Made by a program: the position numbers and the translations under genes. DNA of 32,378 nt, taken from the NCBI GenBank assembly GCA_000708835.1, contig DF237661.1, positions 14,637-47,014 of the forward strand, in the 5' to 3' direction. Below are positions 27,316-32,378 of the stretch, in pieces. The notes below the pieces were generated by a model, which saw only the letters and a program-made list of their open reading frames with translations, had not been told where the DNA came from and did no database searches. The stretch comes from Klebsormidium nitens (Eukaryota; Plantae; Klebsormidiophyceae). Every line of letters starts with the position of its first letter. Within the stretch, counting starts at the first letter, position 1.

Positions 27316-29184
27316 TGTCGCTGGCCCGTCTCAGAAGGCCCTTGTCTCGGGCCCTCAACTGGCCAAAGCCGACGGTTCTCAGTATGCCTTCCGCGGTCAC
27401 AATGCTCAATCCTGAATGTCGCAAGAAGGTTGCAAGGCCGGCCTCTTCCTGCCGGTCTAAGAACCTTCTCAAGCAGTGCTCCAGGAACGCCAGCCGTTCC
27501 AAGCTGGCATCGCCGTGTCCTTCCAGCAGCAGCTGCGGCCTCAGGGAGGACTCTTGCTTCTGTTTCACGCTTATGAATGCTGCTTTATTTCGTGTAGACC
27601 CGCGGCCCAGACTGCGCGTGCCCGTGTCTTCGGACCGCTTACCAAGCCTCCTTGGCAAGGGCCTCTGGCTGATCACGGGCCTCGACAACGCCGAGGCGCA
27701 GCCTATGAGCCCCACGTAAGGCAGCAGGTCCCAATCCTGCCTCTGGAAAAGCCGTGCTTCGACCATGTCCGCAGCAGACAGAAGCTGTGCACCGTCAGGA
27801 GCTAGCTCCGGGGTGTCCAGGTAGTTTTCAAAGTAGGCAGATGTCGTTCCAAGGACGTCCTCGGAGGTCGCCTTAAAGAGCACGCCCGTGGAAACCGGCT
27901 TGTCAGGGTAGAGCAGGTGGCAGGCGCTCTCCAGCATAGACTCTGCCTTGTCCGTAGAGCCCTTCAGCCCGCTCTGCAGGACGTTCAGCATGGACCTGGC
28001 GTCTCCCTCCGCCGCACGGCAGGCCTCATCCACCTCTCTGTCCGATGCTACCAGGCCCTCCTGCGAGAGCACGTGCCTGGCCAGGAGCACTAGCTTGTCG
28101 TGGGGCAGCCTGCCAAAGCAGATCACCTCGCTGTCCCCTTCCAGATCGGCCATACGGCCCTTTGGCGTGTCGTTGGTTGTCNNNNNNNNNNNNNNNNNNN
28201 NNNNNNNNNNNNNNNNNNNNNNNNNNNNNNNNNNNNNNNNNNNNNNNNNNNNNNNNNNNNNNNNNNNNNNNNNNNNNNNNNNNNNNNNNNNNNNNNNNNN
28301 NNNNNNNNNNNNNNNNNNNNNNNNNNNNNNNNNNNNNNNNNNNNNNNNNNNNNNNNNNNNNNNNNNNNNNNNNNNNNNNNNNNNNNNNNNNNNNNNNNNN
28401 NNNNNNNNNNNNNNNNNNNNNNNNNNNNNNNNNNNNNNNNNNNNNNNNNNNNNNNNNNNNNNNNNNNNNNNNNNNNNNNNNNNNNNNNNNNNNNNNNNNN
28501 NNNNNNNNNNNNNNNNNNNNNNNNNNNNNNNNNNNNNNNNNNNNNNNNNNNNNNNNNNNNNNNNNNNNNNNNNNNNNNNNNNNNNNNNNNNNNNNNNNNN
28601 NNNNNNNNNNNNNNNNNNNNNNNNNNNNNNNNNNNNNNNNNNNNNNNNNNNNNNNNNNNNNNNNNNNNNNNNNNNNNNNNNNNNNNNNNNNNNNNNNNNN
28701 NNNNNNNNNNNNNNNNNNNNNNNNNNNNNNNNNNNNNNNNNNNNNNNNNNNNNNNNNNNNNNNNNNNNNNNNNNNNNNNNNNNNNNNNNNNNNNNNNNNN
28801 NNNNNNNNNNNNNNNNNNNNNNNNNNNNNNNNNNNNNNNNNNNNNNNNNNNNNNNNNNNNNNNNNNNNNNNNNNNNNNNNNNNNNNNNNNNNNNNNNNNN
28901 NNNNNNNNNNNNNNNNNNNNNNNNNNNNNNNNNNNNNNNNNNNNNNNNNNNNNNNNNNNNNNNNNNNNNNNNNNNGCGTTCTGCTCGACGACCTGACAAT
29001 CTGCTTCTCTAAGAGCCTGGTACGCTGCACACGTCTTCCCGGTCCCAGCAGGGCCTATGAGTAGGGCGGCCCGCTTCGTGCCGGGCTTGCGGTCCAGAAA
29101 ATCTCGCAGCCATTGCCTCAGGCGCTCGCGAGCCCCTTCGTTGCCGACAAGAAAGCTGCTGTACTTGGTTGACCACAAGGCCAT
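27311..29184 (-). CDS. Replication factor C large subunit; spans a gap
   Basis: LWSTKY, Walker A GPAGTGKT, VVEQN and AAEGDARSMLN. Confidence 0.88.
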
Positions 29185-29213
29185 GGAGCTGTTGTTGAAA
29201 AACGATGCAAGGG

Positions 29214-29219
29214 CCTAAG
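29214..29219 (-). promoter_or_regulatory. CTTAGG candidate promoter motif (second copy at 29242-29247)
   Basis: 29 nt before ATG 29184. Confidence 0.55.
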
Positions 29220-29263
29220 TCCATGCGTTCCTCAAAGATCTCCTAAGCTATGGGTAGACAGGC

Positions 29264-29497
29264 ATGCTGCAGTCGTTCATAAGGGAGCTCCTGGACATAT
29301 TCGCAAAGGAGCTGGCAGTTGAGGAGAACAAGCGAAAGCTCAGGGCCACCTTGGCGGCTCCACTCGTGCAGGAGATTGTTCCTTACATACACATCAGTCT
29401 CTCGATCCTGCTTGTAGTTGGCATCCTCACGTTCCTCAACCTTGGACTCACCACGTACATGATCAGACACTTTGAGAGCTTGCCTAAGACTGCGTAG
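29264..29497 (+). CDS. Small conserved NCLDV-type C-terminally anchored membrane protein
   Basis: 77 aa: a helical N-terminus, then LAAPLVQEIVPYIHISLSILLVVGIL. Confidence 0.75.
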   Translation: MLQSFIRELLDIFAKELAVEENKRKLRATLAAPLVQEIVPYIHISLSILLVVGILTFLNLGLTTYMIRHFESLPKTA

Positions 29498-29502
29498 CAA
29501 GG

Positions 29503-30598
29503 CTATGAAGCCCCTGCAATCAATCTCCTGGGGCGAACGACAATCATGCACGACTCCTGCTCCTTGACAACAGTCTTGCAGGGCTCCGGTGCTTGCTTCC
29601 TGGGGCGGACAACAATCATGCACGGCTCCCTGCTCCCGAACAACGGGCTCAGGTGCTTGCTTCCCGGGGCGGGGGACGATCATGCACTGCTCGGACGTCT
29701 CCACGGTGGGCTTCCTAGGATGGACCACGATCATGCAGGGCTCCCTTGGCTGTTCCAAAGTGCCTGCAATGCGCTTCTTGGGTGGCACGACAATCATGCA
29801 AGGCTCCTCCGCTTGCTCACGTGCCGCTGCGGTCCGCTGCCTGGGGTGGACGGTGATCATGCACGCCTCCGGTTCCGGCTTTGCTGCTGGCTCGTCGTCA
29901 AGCACTGCAACACGCAGGGTTGCAGCTCGTGGCACCCGGGGGCGCTTCCTCGACTCGATGCGGGCGAGCACCTCAGCGACCCCGTGCTCGCGGCAGTGGA
30001 GAACCTCCTTCCAGAAGGCGTCAAACTGCGGCAGGGCCTTTGCGAACCACTCGCGGTCTCGGGGGACCTCGATGCAGCTGAAAACCTCGTCGTCGATCAG
30101 CGATTCCGGCTTGAACTGCACGAACCAGCAGCTGTCGACATCGCAGATCTCAAGGCATAACTGAATTTGTGGGTAATAGTATGAAGGAACCTCGTCCTTG
30201 ATCTCCCTGCGAAGCGGGCACTTGATCTCCAGGAGCGCGCACCGCGACCCGTCTTCGGTAGAGAGCAGCCCGTCGGGCGAGCCCCCAAGGAATGGTATCG
30301 TCGGGTGCAGCAGGAGGCCGGCGTCGTACGCCTTGAAGCCGTGCCGCTCACAAAAGAGGTCTGATGCGAATGTCTCCCACTTTTGGCCATGGCGTGTGGC
30401 CTCATTCCCCATGAACTTTGGTCCATATCCACACTTTTTGAGAATGAGTTGATCCTTTGTCTCATACGGATTCAGCCCGAGTGCAGTTGCGGCATCGGAA
30501 GCCGTGAGCCTTTGGTGGCGTGCTGCGTACCATTCTTCGGACCGTTGCGCGGGCTGAGGGAGCGACAGCAGATGAGCGATCTTGGGATGGATTGCCAT
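29503..30598 (-). CDS. YqaJ/lambda-exonuclease-type viral recombinase with repeated C-terminal tail; apparent +1 frameshift at ~29629
   Basis: RLTASD, GGSPDGL, LLEIKCP and YYPQIQ motifs. The repeat continues in another frame to a TAG at 29503-29505. Confidence 0.88.
29525..29880 (-). repeat. Dispersed coding repeat EPCMIVVxPRK, 6 copies plus 1 degenerate
   Basis: tgcatgat(c/t)gt cores recur about every 50-70 nt. Confidence 0.88.
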
Positions 30599-30632
30599 GG
30601 CAAAATTGACTTGTTGTGCTAGTTATCTTGGC

Positions 30633-30638
30633 CCTAAG
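30633..30638 (-). promoter_or_regulatory. CTTAGG candidate promoter motif
   Basis: 34 nt before ATG 30598; overlaps the stop of the PARG-like gene. Confidence 0.55.
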
Positions 30639-31449
30639 TGCTTGCTGAAAAGGTGTCTCTGAAGATCAGGTAATTGTTACCGTCAAACTCTGTTACGGAG
30701 AGGATTGCAAAGACAATCGCCTTGAAAACTCCCTTGTGTTCCGAGAGAACTTTTCGAAACACTGCAGCAACGTCAGCGGGTGGGTTGTGCCAGGCACCGC
30801 ACCCCAGTGCACCCAGGACCAGGGAGTCGTGCCCCTTGTCTGCTCCCACCTGGAGTATTAGACGTACCTTATTCTCAAGGATCCTTCTGTCGGCCTCGGA
30901 CAGATGACCGCTGTCTCTACCGTCTCCTGACGCAAACTCGAGTTGCGGGTACTTGAGGCCGGGGCAAGCAATGAAGTCCAGCTTGAACGGTCGCGCGAGA
31001 AATTTGTACTCCGCTTCTTCACTTGCCCGGAACACGGTGACGTCCGGAGAGTAGATTGCCTCGTTTGCAGCTATTGGGTAAAGACGTTCTCGCGTTGGAT
31101 CGTTGTGCAGGCTCATGCAATAGTTTGTCCTCCGAAACAGCGACTCTTCCTGAGCGGACGCCCCTATGTCAACACAGCCTCCTGCAAAACAGTCATCTGC
31201 GAGGTTCAGGACCATAGGTCTGAAGCCTTCCTGCTGCAACTGGCGCGCAGCCATTATAGTGTCCTCTTTTTTCACTCGGATCTCTGTGTCTTTGTACCTC
31301 TGCGGCAGTGCCTGGTCCGGGCGTAGGATGTGCTTTTCGCATTTTGGCGGACGTGCCAGCCTTCCTGAGATGCCTTTGGTCTCTTCCCAAACCTTGATAC
31401 GCACGTCTTTGATGTGAGGTTTCTGGTCTCTCTTCTGCTCCATGAACAT
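30634..31449 (-). CDS. Microbial-type poly(ADP-ribose) glycohydrolase macrodomain (TIGR02452/DUF2263 family)
   Basis: VLNLAD..FAGG..IGASAQEESLFRRT and LVLGALGCGAWHNPP..VA.VF. Confidence 0.88.
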   Translation of the reverse strand: MFMEQKRDQKPHIKDVRIKVWEETKGISGRLARPPKCEKHILRPDQALPQRYKDTEIRVKKEDTIMAARQLQQEGFRPMVLNLADDCFAGGCVDIGASAQEESLFRRTNYCMSLHNDPTRERLYPIAANEAIYSPDVTVFRASEEAEYKFLARPFKLDFIACPGLKYPQLEFASGDGRDSGHLSEADRRILENKVRLILQVGADKGHDSLVLGALGCGAWHNPPADVAAVFRKVLSEHKGVFKAIVFAILSVTEFDGNNYLIFRDTFSAST

Positions 31450-31527
31450 TCTACAGGCTATTTTTGAGTCGACGTTACTTTTTCAGAAGTTGAACGCATC
31501 GCACATTAGAGGAACATGTGCTTCCGA

Positions 31528-32157
31528 TCAAGTCCGCCTCCTCCAAGCTATTGGGATGTCATTGTTGGTGTTGCTGTTTGAAGGCCTCCTTCTGCGTCTG
31601 TTCGTAAGAGACCTTTGCATGGCCAGATCGAGTTGCTCTTGCTCTGCCAAGTAGAGTGCCATATTCCTGTTGGTGTGCAAAGTCTCGTTGTGGTTTGCGA
31701 GAGACGCGGCGATGGCTCTGTCCAGATCCTCATCTGACCAATTGCGGTTGGTTGCAGTGGCTTCATTCTGTGGCTGTGGCTGTGGCTGTGTAGAAGGACT
31801 CGCTCAGTTCCTCCTTGCTGTTATGTTCCTGAGCATCTGAGCCCTGACATCAGCAGGCAGAGGAACCACCTCACTCCGAGTCACCCGTCTGCCTCTGTTG
31901 ATCGGGTGGGTGCCCCTTCTCTGGATCCACTCCTCGAGAGCATTCTGTGTGAACACGTGAGAAGCTGGTAGGCGGCCCCTAAAGCGCCGCAAGTTGGACC
32001 TGAGCACTGCCAGTTGCTCCTCATTCGACCTAACCAGATCACCAAACCGTTCTCTGGAGAAGATTTCTTCATCTGCGTCAGTCACGTCAACCGAAATTTG
32101 GGGAGTCTTTTGCCCCCAGAGCTGCCACCAAGGCATCTTTTGTACACATATACTCAC
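31528..32157 (-). pseudogene. U-box-like domain plus two UIMs, interrupted by one in-frame TGA (31804-31806)
   Basis: HVFTQNALEEWIQRRGTHPINR..VVPLP, then TGA, then in the same frame PQPQPQ, DEDLDRAIAASL and EQEQLDLAMQRSL, up to a TGA at 31528. Confidence 0.6.
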
Positions 32158-32378
32158 AGATAATATGGAGGGGACTCACGACACCCGACAGAACCCAACC
32201 ATTCTGCCTGTCAGCATGACACAGAGTCAATGTGCGTTTTCGACCGGAGAATCCTTTTGTAGTGATTCAGTGTACTAAAGAGCAGGAGACGAATGCTAGA
32301 AGGATTCGAGTGGAGATATCGTACTTGAGCACCATGCAGGACAATCGTGTTTGCCCTGTGTGGAACCTGTGAGGGTTT

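Larger units (their letters stand above)
1..32378. mobile_element. Nucleocytoviricota (phycodnavirus-like) genome segment, probably a giant endogenous viral element
   Basis: NCLDV hallmark genes throughout (PolB, D5, AEP primase, VLTF2, capping GTase, RFC, YqaJ) in compact, often abutting arrangement. Scaffold gaps at 656-1331, 5749-6016, 21157-21447, 26307-26326 and 28182-28975, plus introns and coding lesions, suggest endogenization. No host junction is in the window. Confidence 0.8.

Noticed and set aside
29243-29502. C-terminal extension of YqaJ in the 451-aa track ORF
   Set aside because: Results from the frameshift; it is the antisense shadow of the 77-aa gene at 29264-29497.
30601-30609. 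AAAATTGA, the mimivirus early promoter sequence
   Set aside because: Single copy, on the strand opposite the adjacent YqaJ gene, with no plus-strand gene downstream.
32160-32378. Short ORFs at the right edge
   Set aside because: Under 60 codons or truncated, with no recognisable motif.
1-32378. tRNA, rRNA or other structured RNA genes
   Set aside because: None recognised by eye; tRNAscan-SE and Infernal would be needed to exclude them.

Overview
This is a gene-dense, GC-rich segment of a nucleocytoplasmic large DNA virus (Nucleocytoviricota). The gene set is most like Algavirales/phycodnaviruses: PolB, D5 primase-helicase, an AEP primase, VLTF2, a stand-alone mRNA guanylyltransferase, RFC large subunit and a YqaJ recombinase. 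Five N-gaps, many GT-AG introns, TGTAA signals and three apparent coding lesions suggest a giant endogenous viral element in a green-algal assembly, but no host flank is visible, so a free virus is not excluded. Main result: the replication genes are split by nine spliceosomal introns that can be reconstructed by hand (seven in polB, one in the primase, one in D5), and at least four of them contain what look like complete nested genes. These are a 2-TM protein, a C3H zinc-finger microprotein, a basic repeat protein with its own TGTAA signal and a 182-aa unknown protein; none is a recognisable homing endonuclease. Second result: an RCTTAGG motif lies 29-34 nt upstream of six start codons (43 nt for a seventh) and is a candidate viral promoter. 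All splice, frame and motif calls were made by eye and need RNA-seq and homology searches.
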